A DNA stretch of 64,000 nucleotides from an uncultured Pelagibacteraceae bacterium (GTDB lineage: Bacteria > Pseudomonadota > Alphaproteobacteria > Pelagibacterales > Pelagibacteraceae). Position numbers and translations under genes: made by a program. The notes beneath the pieces were generated by a model. That model worked only from the letters and a program-made list of their open reading frames with translations. It did no database searches and was not told where the DNA came from. This document shows, piece after piece, positions 22,052 through 34,659 of the stretch. The DNA lies in NCBI GenBank assembly GCA_902609685.1, contig CACLSR010000001.1, forward strand, positions 49,505 through 113,504, read 5' to 3'. Every line of letters starts with the position of its first letter. Position 1 is the stretch's first letter.

Positions 22052-22419
22052 TACAAAACCTCTGGGGCTAATGAGATTATTTTCATTTGCCCTTTATTCC
22101 TTAATTCTCTAGTCACTGGACCAAAAATTCTAGTTCCAACTGGTTCACCTTTATCATCAACCAGAACAGCAGCGTTATTATCAAATTTTACTTTTGATCC
22201 ATCATCCCTATGAATTCCTTTTTTTACTCTGACCACCACTGCTTTGTGAACTGATCCTTTTTTTACTTTTCCCTTAGGAATTGCCTCTTTTACAGCAATC
22301 ACTATCGTATCTCCTATGCTTGCATATCTTCTTTTCGATCCACCTAAGACTTTAATACATTCAATTTTCTTTGCTCCAGTATTATCAGCTACATTTAATT
22401 CTGTTTGGACCTGTATCAT
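22051..22419 (-). CDS. rplN: 50S ribosomal protein L14
   Basis: 122 aa, [17 protein letters not shown]. Confidence 0.97.
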   Translation of the reverse strand: MIQVQTELNVADNTGAKKIECIKVLGGSKRRYASIGDTIVIAVKEAIPKGKVKKGSVHKAVVVRVKKGIHRDDGSKVKFDNNAAVLVDDKGEPVGTRIFGPVTRELRNKGQMKIISLAPEVL

Positions 22420-22655
22420 TATTTTGTGTTCTCCATTACTTGAAATTTCTTATTTTTTGAGAAAGGTTTGCTCTCAATGATTGAAACTTTATCACCTGTT
22501 TTAAATTTATTATTTTTATCATGGGCATTATATTTTTTTCTCACTTTGATAACTTTTTTTAATAATGGATGAGAATATTTTCGTTCAACTAAAACAGTTA
22601 TAGTTTTGTTAGGTTTATCACTTACAACTACACCTGTTAATATTTTCTTAGGCAT
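22419..22655 (-). CDS. rpsQ: 30S ribosomal protein S17
   Basis: 78 aa, uS17. Confidence 0.93.
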   Translation of the reverse strand: MPKKILTGVVVSDKPNKTITVLVERKYSHPLLKKVIKVRKKYNAHDKNNKFKTGDKVSIIESKPFSKNKKFQVMENTK

Positions 22656-22848
22656 TTAATTTTCCTTTTAATATTGTTTTTAATCTAGCAATTGTTTTTT
22701 TTGTTTCACTAATTTTTGCAGGACTCGTAATCTGTGAATTCGTCTTTTGAAATCTAAAATTGAATAAATCTTTTTTAAATTTATCGATGTTTTTTATAAT
22801 TTGATCTTTTGATAGTTTTTTAATTTCTTGTTTTTTCATATTAGGCAA
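22648..22848 (-). CDS. rpmC: 50S ribosomal protein L29
   Basis: 66 aa, uL29, in canonical order. Confidence 0.9.
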   Translation of the reverse strand: MPNMKKQEIKKLSKDQIIKNIDKFKKDLFNFRFQKTNSQITSPAKISETKKTIARLKTILKGKLNA

Positions 22849-23251
22849 ATCTCTTTATGGTTTTTGTTTTAATTGGCAATTTTGCAGATGCTTTATATAA
22901 CGCTTCTTTAGCTATCTGTTCTGAAACACCATCTACTTCAAATAAAATTCTTCCTGGTTTTACACGACATGCATAGAATTCTGGAGAACCTTTTCCTTTA
23001 CCCATACGTACTTCAATGGGTTTTTTAGAAACTGGAATATTTGGAAAAATTCTTGTCCAAACTCTTCCTTGTCTTTTCATGTGTCTTGTTAGAGCAACCC
23101 TAGCAGCCTCTATCTGTTTACCAGTAACCCTATCAGGAGATAGTGCTTTTAAAGCGTAGGCACCATAATTAATAAAATTTGCTCTTGAAGCAGTTCCATG
23201 AATTCTACCTTTATGAGCTTTTCTCCATTTTGTTCTAACTGGCTGTAACAT
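22841..23251 (-). CDS. rplP: 50S ribosomal protein L16
   Basis: 136 aa, [16 protein letters not shown]. Confidence 0.97.
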   Translation of the reverse strand: MLQPVRTKWRKAHKGRIHGTASRANFINYGAYALKALSPDRVTGKQIEAARVALTRHMKRQGRVWTRIFPNIPVSKKPIEVRMGKGKGSPEFYACRVKPGRILFEVDGVSEQIAKEALYKASAKLPIKTKTIKRFA

Positions 23252-23932
23252 TTATTGTTTTCCCTCTTTAGGTGATGTTTTGTTTGTTTCTTGACTAAAT
23301 TCTTTGGCAAAAACTTCGCCTTTATAAATCCAAACTTTTATTCCAATTATTCCATATGTCGTGAGTGCTTCAGCCTCTGCATAATCTATATCTGCTCTTA
23401 ATGTGTGGGATGGTATGCTGCCATCTCTTAACCATTCAGTTCTAGCAATCTCATTTCCACCCAATCTTCCACTTACTGAAACTTTAATTCCTTTAGCGCC
23501 CAATCTTAAACAAGATTGCATTGCTCTTTTCATTGCTCTTCTATAAGAAATTCTTTTAACTAATTGTTGAGCAATATTTTCTGCAACTAAATAAGCATTT
23601 GTTTCAGGTTTTTTTACTTCTTTAATATTTAAAGTAACCTCATTTGAAGTAAACTTAGATAAATTATTTTTTATCTTATCTATATCACTACCTTTTTTTC
23701 CAATAACAAAACCTGGTCTAGAAGTGTAAATTGTAACATAACATTTATTTGCTGTTCTTTCGATCATCACTTTTGAAACCCCAGAATTAATTACATTTTT
23801 TTTGATATATTCTCTTATTTTAAAATCTTCTATGAGATAATTTCCAAAATCTTTCTTTTTAGCGTACCAAACAGAGTCCCAACCTCTGTTAACACCTAAT
23901 CTAAAACCTACCGGATTAACTTTTTGTCCCAT
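23252..23932 (-). CDS. rpsC: 30S ribosomal protein S3
   Basis: The canonical start [13 protein letters not shown] sits at the internal Met. The ORF-track start at 23974 adds 14 unlikely codons inside rplV. Confidence 0.95.
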   Translation of the reverse strand: MGQKVNPVGFRLGVNRGWDSVWYAKKKDFGNYLIEDFKIREYIKKNVINSGVSKVMIERTANKCYVTIYTSRPGFVIGKKGSDIDKIKNNLSKFTSNEVTLNIKEVKKPETNAYLVAENIAQQLVKRISYRRAMKRAMQSCLRLGAKGIKVSVSGRLGGNEIARTEWLRDGSIPSHTLRADIDYAEAEALTTYGIIGIKVWIYKGEVFAKEFSQETNKTSPKEGKQ

Positions 23933-24314
23933 GACTCTCCATTTTTTTTGCCTCTGATAAAATAATTGTAACACTTGAATAAGGTTTTAAAATTGGTGCA
24001 GCTCTTCCTTTTGCTCTTGGTCTAAACCTTTTCATAGTAATTTTCTTTCCACAATATGCCTCTTTAACTACAAGTTTATCAATGTCATACTGAAAATTAT
24101 TTTCTGCGTTTGCAACAGCAGATGAAATAGTCTTTCTGATATCACGAGTAATCCTTTTTTCTGAAAACTGAAGATCCCTGATAGCTAACTCTACTTTCTT
24201 GCCAACTATACCTTTTAAAATAGGATTAAGCTTTCTTACACTTGATCTAATATTGTTATTAATAGATTTCACTATTTTTTCTTTTTTTTTCACTAATTTC
24301 TTTTTTTTACTCAT
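23916..24314 (-). CDS. rplV: 50S ribosomal protein L22
   Basis: 132 aa, uL22, with a Lys-rich N-terminus. Confidence 0.93.
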   Translation of the reverse strand: MSKKKKLVKKKEKIVKSINNNIRSSVRKLNPILKGIVGKKVELAIRDLQFSEKRITRDIRKTISSAVANAENNFQYDIDKLVVKEAYCGKKITMKRFRPRAKGRAAPILKPYSSVTIILSEAKKMESHGTKS

Positions 24315-24316
24315 AA

Positions 24317-24616
24317 TTATTTCTTAGCCTCTGCCTCAGCAGGTTTTGCTTTTTTATCTGCAGGTGTATGACCAAAAAAAGTTCTTGTTGGTGCAAATTC
24401 ACCTAACTTATGACCAACCATGTCTTCAGATATGGTAATGGGAATAAATTTTTTTCCGTTATAAATCAAAAAACTAACTCCAACAAAATCTGGAATTATT
24501 GTTGATTTTCTTGACCAAGTCTTGATAGGAATTTTTTTTGGATCAGTCTTATATTTATCAACTTTTTTGATTAAGCTTTCTTCCACAAAAGGTCCTTTCC
24601 ATACTGCTCTAGCCAT
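24317..24616 (-). CDS. rpsS: 30S ribosomal protein S19
   Basis: [11 protein letters not shown] start. Confidence 0.96.
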   Translation of the reverse strand: MARAVWKGPFVEESLIKKVDKYKTDPKKIPIKTWSRKSTIIPDFVGVSFLIYNGKKFIPITISEDMVGHKLGEFAPTRTFFGHTPADKKAKPAEAEAKK

Positions 24617-25455
24617 TATTTTGTATCCTTCCTTTTGTTTCTTCTCTTCACAATATATTTATCAGTTCTCTTATTGTCTCTTGTTTTCAATCCTTTTGCT
24701 GATTGTCCTTTAGGAGAAACTGGATGTCTTCCACCTGCTGATTTACCTTCTCCACCACCATGTGGGTGATCTACTGGATTTTTAACAACACCTCTAGTGT
24801 GAGGTCTTCTTCCTAACCATCTTGATCGTCCTGCTTTACCAATTTTGATATTTTTTTGATCAGGGTTACTTAATACGCCAATTGTTGCCAATGATCTTGA
24901 ATCGATTTTTCTAACTTCACCTGATGCTAATTTAATCAAACTATAATTCCCATCTAATCCACTAATCGTAACAGAAGTTCCAGCAGATCTAGCAATTTTA
25001 CCTCCTCCACCTGGTTGTATTTCAACATTGTGAATATCTATACCAACAGGGATATCCTGTAACGGCATGCAATTTCCAACTTTTATTTCTTTTTTTGATC
25101 CATTTTCAACTTTATCACCCACCTTTATTTTTTGTGGTGCAAGATAATATGCATGTGAATTATCATCGAATTTTACTAACATAATGTAACAAGATCTGTT
25201 TGGATCATATTCAATTCTTTCTACTGTCGCTGGCATATCAAATTTTTTTCTATAGAAGTCGACATGTCGATACATCTTTTTATGTCCACCAGCTCTATTG
25301 ATAGATGTAATATGACCATTGTTGTTTCTCCCTTTCATTGCATTTTTTGGTGAAACTAGAGATTTAAATGGTTTACCTTTCCAAAGACCAGTTCTATCAA
25401 CAAGAATTGTTCCTCTAGTAGATTTTGTATATGGTTTAAATGTTTTTAGTGCCAT
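24616..25455 (-). CDS. rplB: 50S ribosomal protein L2
   Basis: 279 aa, uL2 (…HPHGGGEGK…). Confidence 0.97.
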   Translation of the reverse strand: MALKTFKPYTKSTRGTILVDRTGLWKGKPFKSLVSPKNAMKGRNNNGHITSINRAGGHKKMYRHVDFYRKKFDMPATVERIEYDPNRSCYIMLVKFDDNSHAYYLAPQKIKVGDKVENGSKKEIKVGNCMPLQDIPVGIDIHNVEIQPGGGGKIARSAGTSVTISGLDGNYSLIKLASGEVRKIDSRSLATIGVLSNPDQKNIKIGKAGRSRWLGRRPHTRGVVKNPVDHPHGGGEGKSAGGRHPVSPKGQSAKGLKTRDNKRTDKYIVKRRNKRKDTK

Positions 25456-25456
25456 T

Positions 25457-25759
25457 TTAAATTCCAGTTGTTAGATCAATACTTTGACCTTTTTTAAGAG
25501 TTATAATTGCTTTTTTAAAACCAGAGACTTTAACTTTTCTTCCTCTAGTTAATTTAGTTCTATTTTGTTTATTTATAATATTTACCTTTGTAACATTTAC
25601 TTTGAAAATTTTTTCAATGTTGTTTTTTATATTTTTCTTATTTGCTTTTGATGGCACTTTAAAAACAATTTTATTTTGTTCTGATAAATTTGTTGATTTT
25701 TCAGTCACTAAAGGTGATAAAATTTTATCGTATAAATGTATCTTATCCATCTTAAGCAT
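25457..25759 (-). CDS. rplW: 50S ribosomal protein L23
   Basis: 100 aa, uL23. The start could be the Met 3 codons downstream. Confidence 0.92.
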   Translation of the reverse strand: MLKMDKIHLYDKILSPLVTEKSTNLSEQNKIVFKVPSKANKKNIKNNIEKIFKVNVTKVNIINKQNRTKLTRGRKVKVSGFKKAIITLKKGQSIDLTTGI

Positions 25760-26375
25760 ACCTCTTTTCTAATTCTTTTACGGATGTTTCGGTAAACACA
25801 ACTTTTTCAAACTTGACAATATCAAATGCACTGAAATGATTAATGTCTGTCACTTTAATATTTGGAATATTTCTAATTGATTTTTCAACATTATCTTTTG
25901 AGGTTTTGTCTAGAATTATAATTGAATTTGATATTTGAAATTTTTTTAAAATTAAGCTCATCTCTTTAGTCTTTTTTATTTTGGAACTAAAATCGCTAAA
26001 AATTAGAAGGTTGTTGTTCTTTATCTTGTCACTAATTAAAGATGCTATACTTTGTTTTTTTTCACTCTTATTTAATTTTCTTTTTTTGTATGATAGCTCT
26101 CCTTTAGGGCCATGAGCTATACCACCACCAACAAAGATTGGGGCTTTTCTACTTGCGTGTCTAGCATTACCTGTTCCTTTTTGTGCATAAATTTTTGATG
26201 TTGGACCTGAGACTTCGTTTTGCTGCTTAGTTTTTGCATGCCTACCTTTATAATTAGCATTAGTCTTATATAAAACTGTATTCACTAATTTCTTATTTAT
26301 CTTAGCTGAAAAAATCTTATCTAAGACTTCAATAGAACTTTTTTTACCATCTAAATTAATTTTATCGACTTTCAT
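25752..26375 (-). CDS. rplD: 50S ribosomal protein L4
   Basis: 207 aa, uL4. Confidence 0.94.
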   Translation of the reverse strand: MKVDKINLDGKKSSIEVLDKIFSAKINKKLVNTVLYKTNANYKGRHAKTKQQNEVSGPTSKIYAQKGTGNARHASRKAPIFVGGGIAHGPKGELSYKKRKLNKSEKKQSIASLISDKIKNNNLLIFSDFSSKIKKTKEMSLILKKFQISNSIIILDKTSKDNVEKSIRNIPNIKVTDINHFSAFDIVKFEKVVFTETSVKELEKRYA

Positions 26376-27085
26376 TATTTTTTCTTTTTCTCCGGTGTTT
26401 TCTTAGCTAATTCAGCAGCTTTATGTTTTTCACTGATAGTCATTTTTTTTATATTTTTAACTGAACCTTTTACGAGAATTTCAGAGTTTTTTGCTCCTGG
26501 GATAGAACCTTTTAAATATAGAAGCTCATTTTCTAGATCCGTTTTGATAATTTCGATATTTTGCATAGTTCTTAATTTATCTCCCATATGTCCAGCCATT
26601 TTTTTTCCCTTAAATACTTTACCAGGATCTTGTCTTTGACCTGTTGAACCATGTGATCTATGTGAAATTGAAACACCATGTGTAGCTCTCAAACCACCAA
26701 AATTGTGTCTTTTCATAGCTCCTGCAAAACCTTTTCCAATCGTTTTTGATCTAGTATCTACAAATTTAACATCTTTAAAAATCTCTAAACCAAATTCATT
26801 TCCCTCTTTATAATTTTCAATATTTTGAACTCTATATTCTTTAAGTTTCCTTTTAGCTTCAGTATTTCTCTTTGAAAAATAACCTTTCATAGCCTTTGTT
26901 AGTTTTGAGTTTTTGATTTTTCCGTATCCAAGTTGAACAGCGGTGTAACCTCTTTTTTCTTTATCTATTACCTGGATTACTCTAGCTTTTTCCATTTTTA
27001 ATACAGTAACTGGCACCAACTGACCAGATTTATAAAATTCTCTAGTCATTCCAATTTTTTTTCCTAATAAAGCAATCTCACTCAT
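26375..27085 (-). CDS. rplC: 50S ribosomal protein L3
   Basis: 236 aa, uL3. Confidence 0.95.
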   Translation of the reverse strand: MSEIALLGKKIGMTREFYKSGQLVPVTVLKMEKARVIQVIDKEKRGYTAVQLGYGKIKNSKLTKAMKGYFSKRNTEAKRKLKEYRVQNIENYKEGNEFGLEIFKDVKFVDTRSKTIGKGFAGAMKRHNFGGLRATHGVSISHRSHGSTGQRQDPGKVFKGKKMAGHMGDKLRTMQNIEIIKTDLENELLYLKGSIPGAKNSEILVKGSVKNIKKMTISEKHKAAELAKKTPEKKKK

Positions 27086-27087
27086 AA

Positions 27088-27396
27088 TTATATCTTAATC
27101 TCCACATCGACACCTGATGCTAAATCTAACTTCATTAAAGCCTCGACAGTCTGTGGTGTTGGCTCAATTATATCAATTAATCTTTTATGGGTTCTCGACT
27201 CAAATTGTTCTCTACTTTTTTTATCTATATGAGGAGATCTTAAAACTGTATATCTTTCAATTCTAGTTGGTAATGGAATTGGACCTTTTATTGTAGCCCC
27301 AGTTCTTTTGACTGTATTAACAATTTCTTCAGTTGAAGCATCTAAAATCTTATTGTCGTAAGCTCTGAGTTTAATTCTAATATTCTGTTTTTCCAT
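27088..27396 (-). CDS. rpsJ: 30S ribosomal protein S10
   Basis: 102 aa, IRIKLRAYD motif. Confidence 0.97.
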   Translation of the reverse strand: MEKQNIRIKLRAYDNKILDASTEEIVNTVKRTGATIKGPIPLPTRIERYTVLRSPHIDKKSREQFESRTHKRLIDIIEPTPQTVEALMKLDLASGVDVEIKI

Positions 27397-27397
27397 T

Positions 27398-29476
27398 TTA
27401 GCCTGCTATTTTTTTTGTTACTTCGTCTTGAACATTTTGTGGGACTTTTGCATAATGATCAAAAAACATTGAATATTGTGCTCGCCCTTGTGACATTGAT
27501 CTTAAACTATTAATATATCCAAACATATTCGCTAAAGGCACCATTGCAGTTATTACTGTTGCATTACCTCTTTGCTCTTGAGTACTTATTTGTCCTCTTC
27601 GACTATTTAAGTCTCCAATAACGTCACCCATATAGTCTTCGGGTGTTACGACCTCAACTCTCATGACTGGTTCTAATAATTTTAAACCACCTTTCGTACA
27701 AGCATCTTTGAAACATGCTCTGCTTGCGAGTTCAAAAGCTAATACACTAGAGTCAACATCGTGATGTAAACCATCTAAAATTGTAACTTTATAGTCAATC
27801 ATTGGAAACCCTGCTAAAATTCCACCATCAGATACTGTTTCGATACCTTTTTCAACGCCTGGAATAAATTCTTTTGGAATTGCTCCACCTTTAATTTTGC
27901 TTTCAACAGCTCTCCCTTTACCAGGTTCTTGCGGTTCTACTAATAATTTTACTTTTGCAAATTGTCCTGCACCACCACTTTGTTTTTTATGTGTGTATTC
28001 TACTTCTGAAGAGTTTTCGATTGTTTCTCTGTATGCTACTTGTGGGGCTCCAACATTTGCTTCAACTTTAAATTCTCTTTTCATTCTATCAACAATGATA
28101 TCTAAGTGTAATTCACCCATTCCTTTTATAATCGTTTGTCCAGATTCTTCGTCAGATGAAACTCTAAATGAGGGATCTTCTTTGGCTAATCTGCCTAATG
28201 CTTCTCCCATTTTCTCTTGGTCAGCTTTTGTTTTTGGTTCAACAGCAATTTCAATAACTGGGTCAGGAAATTCCATAGGCTCGAGAAGAACTGGATTATC
28301 TTTATTACATAGCGTGTGTCCAGTAATGGTATTTTTCAAGCCAGCTAGTGATACAATATCACCTGCATTAGCTTCTTTGATATCCTCTCGGGAGTTAGCA
28401 TGCATTAATAACATTCTACCAACTCTTTCTTCTTTTTCTTTTGAAGAATTATATACAGCAGTTCCTGTTTTTATTGTACCTGAATAAACTCTAATAAATG
28501 TTAATGATCCAACAAATGGATCATTTGCCACTTTAAATGCTAAAGCAGAAAATGGCGCACTATCGTCAAATTTCATTTCTATTTCATCCTCTGATCCTAA
28601 TTTAGTTCCTTTTATTGAACCAATATCAATAGGGCTTGGAAGATAATTAATCACTGCATCAAGTAGTGGCTGAACACCCTTATTTTTAAAAGCTGAACCA
28701 GTTAACACAGGAACAAAATCAAAATTTAATGTTCCTTTTCTTATACATTTAATTAAATCTTCTTCTTTAATTTCTTCACCATTTAGATAGGACTCCATCA
28801 ATTTTTCGTCTTGTTCTACAGCCATTTCGACTAATTCTGTTCGGTATTTTTGAGAGATTTCTTTAAGATCCTCTGGAATATCTTTATATTCCCATTCGGC
28901 ACCTAGAGCTTCATTTTTCCAAACTTGTGCTTTCATTTTAACAAGGTCAACAACACCAGTCAAAGAAGCTTCAATACCAATTGGTACTTGTATGACCAAT
29001 GGTTTTGCTCCTAATCTGTCTTTGATCATATCTACACATCTAAAAAAGTCTGCACCAGTTCTATCTAACTTATTTACAAAACAAATTCTTGGTACTTTAT
29101 ATTTGTCAGCTTGTCGCCATACTGTTTCTGATTGAGGTTCCACACCTGCTACACCATCAAATACTGCAACCGCACCATCAAGTACTTTAAGTGATCTTTC
29201 TACCTCAATGGTAAAATCTACATGACCGGGTGTATCGATAATATTAATTCTATGATCTTGCCAGAAACAGGTTGTTGCTGCTGATGTAATTGTAATACCT
29301 CTTTCTTGTTCCTGTTCCATCCAATCCATGGTAGCTGCACCATCGTGAACTTCACCAATTTTATGACTTTTCCCTGTGTAATATAAAATTCTTTCAGTTG
29401 TAGTTGTTTTACCTGCATCAATGTGGGCCATGATCCCAATGTTTCTATATTTGTCTAATGTGTGAGATCTAGCCAT
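27398..29476 (-). CDS. fusA: Elongation factor G
   Basis: 692 aa with G-domain motifs AHIDAGKTT and DTPGHVDF. Confidence 0.98.
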   Translation of the reverse strand: MARSHTLDKYRNIGIMAHIDAGKTTTTERILYYTGKSHKIGEVHDGAATMDWMEQEQERGITITSAATTCFWQDHRINIIDTPGHVDFTIEVERSLKVLDGAVAVFDGVAGVEPQSETVWRQADKYKVPRICFVNKLDRTGADFFRCVDMIKDRLGAKPLVIQVPIGIEASLTGVVDLVKMKAQVWKNEALGAEWEYKDIPEDLKEISQKYRTELVEMAVEQDEKLMESYLNGEEIKEEDLIKCIRKGTLNFDFVPVLTGSAFKNKGVQPLLDAVINYLPSPIDIGSIKGTKLGSEDEIEMKFDDSAPFSALAFKVANDPFVGSLTFIRVYSGTIKTGTAVYNSSKEKEERVGRMLLMHANSREDIKEANAGDIVSLAGLKNTITGHTLCNKDNPVLLEPMEFPDPVIEIAVEPKTKADQEKMGEALGRLAKEDPSFRVSSDEESGQTIIKGMGELHLDIIVDRMKREFKVEANVGAPQVAYRETIENSSEVEYTHKKQSGGAGQFAKVKLLVEPQEPGKGRAVESKIKGGAIPKEFIPGVEKGIETVSDGGILAGFPMIDYKVTILDGLHHDVDSSVLAFELASRACFKDACTKGGLKLLEPVMRVEVVTPEDYMGDVIGDLNSRRGQISTQEQRGNATVITAMVPLANMFGYINSLRSMSQGRAQYSMFFDHYAKVPQNVQDEVTKKIAG

Positions 29477-29482
29477 AATATT

Positions 29483-29953
29483 TTACCACCTAAAGTGTGC
29501 AAAAGCCTTATTAGACTCTGCCATTTTGTGTACATCCTCTTTTTTCTTTACAGCTGCACCTTTTTTTTCATATGCATCATAAAGTTCATTAAAAATTTTA
29601 TCAGACATATGTTTATCTTTTCTTTTTCTTGCTGAATCAATAAGCCATCTGATAGCTAAAGCTTGTGCTCTTTTACTTTTAACTTCAACTGGAACTTGAT
29701 AGGTAGCTCCACCTACTCTTCGTGATCTTACTTCTACAGTCGGTTTAATATTATTGATTGCTTCATTAAAAATATTGATAGGTTCATCTTTTGACTTCGT
29801 TTTAATCTTTTCAATTGCATCATAAACTATTTTAGTAGCTACACCTCTTTTGCCATCGTACATAATATTATTTATTAACTTGGGGATAATTGTAGAATTA
29901 AATTTTGGATCAGGAATAATATTTTTTTTAGGTTGTGTTTTTTTTCTAGACAT
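29483..29953 (-). CDS. rpsG: 30S ribosomal protein S7
   Basis: 156 aa, uS7. Confidence 0.96.
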   Translation of the reverse strand: MSRKKTQPKKNIIPDPKFNSTIIPKLINNIMYDGKRGVATKIVYDAIEKIKTKSKDEPINIFNEAINNIKPTVEVRSRRVGGATYQVPVEVKSKRAQALAIRWLIDSARKRKDKHMSDKIFNELYDAYEKKGAAVKKKEDVHKMAESNKAFAHFRW

Positions 29954-29955
29954 AT

Positions 29956-30327
29956 CTATTTACCTTTTTTTGTTCCGTACAAAGATCTTCTTTTCTTTCT
30001 ATTTGCCACTCCTTGAGTGTCTAAATTACCTCGTAAAATGTGATAACGTACACCTGGTAAATCTTTTACCCTACCACCTCTAATTAATACGACAGAGTGT
30101 TCTTGAAGATTATGACCTTCTCCAGGTATATAAGCAGTTACTTCAAAACCATTTGATAATCTCACCCTGGCAACTTTTCTTAAAGCTGAATTAGGTTTTT
30201 TTGGAGTTGTTGTATAAACTTTTACACAAACACCTCGCTTTAAAGGTTGTTTTTGTAATGCAGGAACTTTATTCCTAGCAATTGGTTTGGATCTTTTTTT
30301 TCTTAACAACTGGTTAATAGTTGGCAT
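29956..30327 (-). CDS. rpsL: 30S ribosomal protein S12
   Basis: [10 protein letters not shown] start. Confidence 0.97.
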   Translation of the reverse strand: MPTINQLLRKKRSKPIARNKVPALQKQPLKRGVCVKVYTTTPKKPNSALRKVARVRLSNGFEVTAYIPGEGHNLQEHSVVLIRGGRVKDLPGVRYHILRGNLDTQGVANRKKRRSLYGTKKGK

Positions 30328-30436
30328 ATTTGTAAATTTTATAATTGTTTATTTTTGAATGAAATAACTGACAGGTTATTTGTGGCAGCGTTTAGTGTCT
30401 AAAGTTAACACTACATTCCAACCAAAAAATATCGCC

Positions 30437-30464
30437 AAAATACTTATTAATTTAATTTTGTCAA
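30437..30464 (-). promoter_or_regulatory. Candidate sigma70-type promoter for rpsL-rpsG-fusA-S10...
   Basis: The minus strand reads TTGACA-N16-TATTTT in the 166-bp rpoC-rpsL gap. Confidence 0.35.
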
Positions 30465-30493
30465 ACTAAAACTAATTGACAAACGTGTTATTT

Positions 30494-33400
30494 TTATTGA
30501 TTTACAGGGGTTTCTGACTGTTCAATTTTATCCTGCTCAGAAAGAAATTTATTGTCATCTTGTAGAGCTTTTTTATTCCATTTATTTTTAATATTACCAG
30601 TTCCAGCAGGTACTAATCGCCCAACTATAACATTCTCTTTTAAACCATTAAGTGGATCCACTTTACCTTTGATAGCGGCATCTGTAAGAACTCTTGTAGT
30701 TTCCTGGAATGATGCAGCAGAAATAAATGACTCTGTCTGCAGAGAAGCTTTGGTAATTCCCATTAAAACTCTTTCACCAGTAGCTGGTTTTTTACCTTCA
30801 GATTTTAATTTTTCATTAACGTTATCAAATTTTATTCTATCAATGATTTCTCCAGGTAAATAAGATGAATCACCAGTTGTTTTTACCTCAACTTTTTTCA
30901 ACATTTGTCTTAAAATAGTTTCTATGTGTTTATCGTTAATAATTACACCCTGCAATCTATAAACCTCTTGAACCTGATTAACGAAATATTCAGTTAATTC
31001 TTTTATACCCATAATTCTAAGAATATCGTGAGGTAATGGTTGTCCATCTAATAAATATTCTCCTTTTTTAATTTTTTCACCCTGATTAAAATTAATATGT
31101 TTTCCTTTCGGTATTAAATAGTTAGATGGTTCTGATCCATCTTCAGGCACTATTGATATTCTTTGTTTTCCTCTAACTTCTTTTCCAAATATAACTTGTC
31201 CATCATTTTCAGCAATGATTGCACTATCTTTAGCTTTTCTAGCTTCAAACAATTCAGCAACTCTTGGTAGACCTCCAGTGATATCCTTAGTTTTCGTTGT
31301 TTCTTTGGGTAATCTAGCAATAACATCACCAGCAGAAACTTTTTGACCATCTTTAACTGATAAAATTGAATCAGGAACTAAATAATATCTTGCTTCATTA
31401 TCATCCGCCTTTTTAATAACGTTTCCTTTTTCATCTCTTAAAGTAATTCTTGGTTTTAAATCTGTGCTTTTAGATTGAGATCGCCAATCAACCACTGATT
31501 TTGAAGAGATTCCTGTCGCATCATCTGTTGTTTCTTGAATAGACACGCCATCAATTAAATCAACATAGCTTGCAATACCACTTTTTTCAGCAATCACCGG
31601 TGTAGTGTAAGGATCCCACTCACAAATTTTTGTATTAGCTTTAACTTTGTCATCATTTTTAAAAAATAATTTCGAACCATAAGCTACTTTATAAACAGCA
31701 ATTTGAACTCCATTATCGTCCTCAATAGATAATTGAGTATTTCTACCCATGACAATTAAGTTCTTTTTAGAATCTTCCAAAATATTTGAATTAATAATTT
31801 TTAAAGTTCCTTCGTTTTTAGTTACTATTTGTGAGTCTTGTTTAACTGAAGCAGTACCACCTACGTGGAAAGTTCTCATTGTTAATTGTGTCCCTGGTTC
31901 TCCAATTGATTGTGCAGAAATCATTCCAATAGCCTCACCAACATGCACCATTTGACCTCTGGATAAGTCTCGTCCATAGCAAGTTGCACAAACACCTTCT
32001 TTAGAACTACACGTCATAACTGAAAAGACTTTCAATGATTTTATTCCAGCTGAGTCAATTTTATCACAACCAAATTCATCAATCATTGATGATTTCTTGA
32101 TTATCACCTCACCAGTTATAGGATGTTTTACATCAGTCGCGACAACTCTTCCTAAAGCTCTTTCAGATAAACTCACAACGACATTACCACCTTCTAATAT
32201 TTCTGATAATTCTATGAAACCAGGATTGTCACAATTTTTTTTAGTAATTGTTAAATCTTGTGCAACATCACAAAGTCTTCTAGTTAAATAACCTGAACTC
32301 GCCGTTTTTAGGGCTGTATCAGCTAGACCTTTTCTAGCACCATGGGTAGAATTAAAATATTCTAGTGCAGTTAAACCTTCTTTAAAATTCGAGGTTATTG
32401 GACTTTCAATAATTTCACCTGACGGTTTTGCGATAAGTCCTCTCATTCCGGCTAATTGTTTCATTTGTGCTGCAGATCCTCTTGCACCGCTATCTGCCAT
32501 CATAAATACTGAATTTATTTTTAATCCCTCTGAAGTTTTTTCTGTTGCAGAAATTCCTTTCATCATCTCACCAGCAACTTTATCTGTACATTTTGACCAA
32601 GCATCAACGACTTTATTATATTTTTCACCTCTGGTGATTAAACCCTCTGCATATTGCGTCTCATAATCAGCAATTAGTTTTTTTGTATCATCAATTAATT
32701 GAGTTTTATTTTCAGGGATAACTAAATCATCTTTACCAAAAGAAATTCCAGCTTTAAATGCATGCTTAAATCCAAGATCTTTTAATTTATCACAGAAAAT
32801 GACTGTTGTTTTTTGGCCGCAAAATCTAAAGACAATATCAATTATTTCTGACACTGTTTTCTTTGGTAAAATTCTATCAATTAAAGAAAACTTAATATTA
32901 TTATTTTTCGGTAATAAGTTAGCTAATAGAAATCTTCCTGCAGTAGACGTATACTTTTCAAATTTTTGATTACCCTTTTCATCGATAGTTTCAAATCTAG
33001 AAATAATTGTGCTGTGAACTTTAATTTGACCAGAAGATAGAGCAAATTCAATTTGATCTGCATTTAAAAAATATCCAGCTGGCTTATCAGTAACTGGCTC
33101 TTGAGATAAATAATAAATTCCTAAAATCATATCCTGACTTGGGACAATTATTGGTTTTCCGTTAGATGGAGAAAGAATATTGTTAGTCGACAGCATTAAT
33201 ATTCTAGCCTCGAGTTGTGCCTCTAAACTTAAAGGAACATGAACAGCCATTTGATCGCCATCAAAATCTGCATTAAACGCAGCACATGTTAAAGGATGTA
33301 ATTCAATCGCGTCTCCCTCAATTAATTTTGGTTCAAAAGCTTGAACTCCCAACCTATGAAGTGTTGGAGCCCGATTTAATAAAACTGGATGTTCTCTAAC

Positions 33401-34657
33401 AATTAATTCAAGTGCGTCCCAGACAGCGTTAGTTTCTTTTTCAACTAATTTTTTTGCTTGTTTAATTGTTGAAGCTAAACCTAGTTTATTTAGTCTTGCA
33501 TATAAAAATGGCTTAAATAACTCTAACGCCATTTTTTTTGGCAATCCACATTCGTGTAATTTTAGGTCTGGACCTACTACTATGACTGAACGGCCTGAAT
33601 AATCAACTCTTTTACCAAGAAGATTTTGTCTAAATCTTCCTTGTTTTCCTTTTAGCATTTCAGCTAAAGATTTTAATGGTCTTTTACCTGTTCCAGTAAT
33701 TACTCTTCCTCTTCTCCCATTATCAAAAAGTGCATCGACAGATTCTTGTAACATTCTTTTTTCGTTTCTGATGATAATATCTGGCGCCTTAAGATCCATA
33801 AGTCTTTTTAAACGATTATTTCTATTAATAACTCTTCTATAAAGATCATTTAAATCTGATGTAGCAAATCTTCCACCATCTAGAGGAACTAAAGGTCTTA
33901 ACTCTGGTGGAATAACCGGAACAACAGTCATGATCATCCATTCAGGTTTTTGTCCAGTCTCAATAAAAGACTCTATCAATTTTAATCGCTTTATAGCTCT
34001 TTCCTCATTTACTTTTGATTTTGTTTCTTTGATATAATCAACAAGATTTTTTCTCTCAGAATCTAGGTCTAGATTTTTCAACATTTCTAAAACTGCTTCA
34101 GCTCCAATTCCAGCTGTGAATGCCTCTTCACCGTATTCATCTTGATATTTTGCTAGTTCTTCCTCATTTAAAAGCTGATTTTTTTGTAGACCAGTTAAGC
34201 CTGGCTCAATGACGATAAAATTCTCAAAATATAAAACTCTTTCAACTTCTTTAAGCTTCATATCAACAGCAAGTGCTATTCTACTTGGTAGTGATTTTAA
34301 AAACCATATATGTGCAACAGGTGTTGCTAAATTAATATGACCCATTCGCTCTCTTCGAACATTTGATTTTGTTACTTCAACACCACATTTTTCACAAATG
34401 ATACCTCTAAATTTCATTCTTTTATATTTTCCACACAAACACTCGTAATCTTTAATTGGACCAAATATTCTGGCACAGAAAAGACCATCTTTCTCTGGTC
34501 TGAAAGTTCTATAATTAATAGTTTCTGGTTTTTTAATTTCACCATAAGTCCAAGATTTAATCTTTTCAGGACTAGCTAATGAAATCTTAATACTATTAAA
34601 ATTTTGTGCTTCAGATATTTCTGAATTTTTAAATAGATCTGTTAATTCTTTTTTCAT
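30494..34657 (-). CDS. rpoC: DNA-directed RNA polymerase subunit beta'
   Basis: 1387 aa with catalytic NADFDGDQM. Confidence 0.98.
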   Translation of the reverse strand: MKKELTDLFKNSEISEAQNFNSIKISLASPEKIKSWTYGEIKKPETINYRTFRPEKDGLFCARIFGPIKDYECLCGKYKRMKFRGIICEKCGVEVTKSNVRRERMGHINLATPVAHIWFLKSLPSRIALAVDMKLKEVERVLYFENFIVIEPGLTGLQKNQLLNEEELAKYQDEYGEEAFTAGIGAEAVLEMLKNLDLDSERKNLVDYIKETKSKVNEERAIKRLKLIESFIETGQKPEWMIMTVVPVIPPELRPLVPLDGGRFATSDLNDLYRRVINRNNRLKRLMDLKAPDIIIRNEKRMLQESVDALFDNGRRGRVITGTGKRPLKSLAEMLKGKQGRFRQNLLGKRVDYSGRSVIVVGPDLKLHECGLPKKMALELFKPFLYARLNKLGLASTIKQAKKLVEKETNAVWDALELIVREHPVLLNRAPTLHRLGVQAFEPKLIEGDAIELHPLTCAAFNADFDGDQMAVHVPLSLEAQLEARILMLSTNNILSPSNGKPIIVPSQDMILGIYYLSQEPVTDKPAGYFLNADQIEFALSSGQIKVHSTIISRFETIDEKGNQKFEKYTSTAGRFLLANLLPKNNNIKFSLIDRILPKKTVSEIIDIVFRFCGQKTTVIFCDKLKDLGFKHAFKAGISFGKDDLVIPENKTQLIDDTKKLIADYETQYAEGLITRGEKYNKVVDAWSKCTDKVAGEMMKGISATEKTSEGLKINSVFMMADSGARGSAAQMKQLAGMRGLIAKPSGEIIESPITSNFKEGLTALEYFNSTHGARKGLADTALKTASSGYLTRRLCDVAQDLTITKKNCDNPGFIELSEILEGGNVVVSLSERALGRVVATDVKHPITGEVIIKKSSMIDEFGCDKIDSAGIKSLKVFSVMTCSSKEGVCATCYGRDLSRGQMVHVGEAIGMISAQSIGEPGTQLTMRTFHVGGTASVKQDSQIVTKNEGTLKIINSNILEDSKKNLIVMGRNTQLSIEDDNGVQIAVYKVAYGSKLFFKNDDKVKANTKICEWDPYTTPVIAEKSGIASYVDLIDGVSIQETTDDATGISSKSVVDWRSQSKSTDLKPRITLRDEKGNVIKKADDNEARYYLVPDSILSVKDGQKVSAGDVIARLPKETTKTKDITGGLPRVAELFEARKAKDSAIIAENDGQVIFGKEVRGKQRISIVPEDGSEPSNYLIPKGKHINFNQGEKIKKGEYLLDGQPLPHDILRIMGIKELTEYFVNQVQEVYRLQGVIINDKHIETILRQMLKKVEVKTTGDSSYLPGEIIDRIKFDNVNEKLKSEGKKPATGERVLMGITKASLQTESFISAASFQETTRVLTDAAIKGKVDPLNGLKENVIVGRLVPAGTGNIKNKWNKKALQDDNKFLSEQDKIEQSETPVNQ

Positions 34658-34659
34658 AA

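Noticed and set aside
23933-23974. 14-codon N-terminal extension of rpsC
   Set aside because: The universal S3 start MGQKVNP is at the internal Met, and the extension lies within rplV.
27897-28487. 196-aa plus-strand ORF
   Set aside because: It lies entirely antisense to fusA and has low-complexity Ser/Pro/Leu-rich sequence typical of the mirror frame of a conserved gene. I recognised no motif.
30457-30483. 8-bp inverted repeat (tttgtcaa...ttgacaaa) just after the rpoC stop, considered as a terminator
   Set aside because: It has an 11-nt loop, an AT-only stem apart from 2 GC pairs, and no U-tract. It also overlaps the candidate rpsL -35 box. The support is too weak to call it a terminator.
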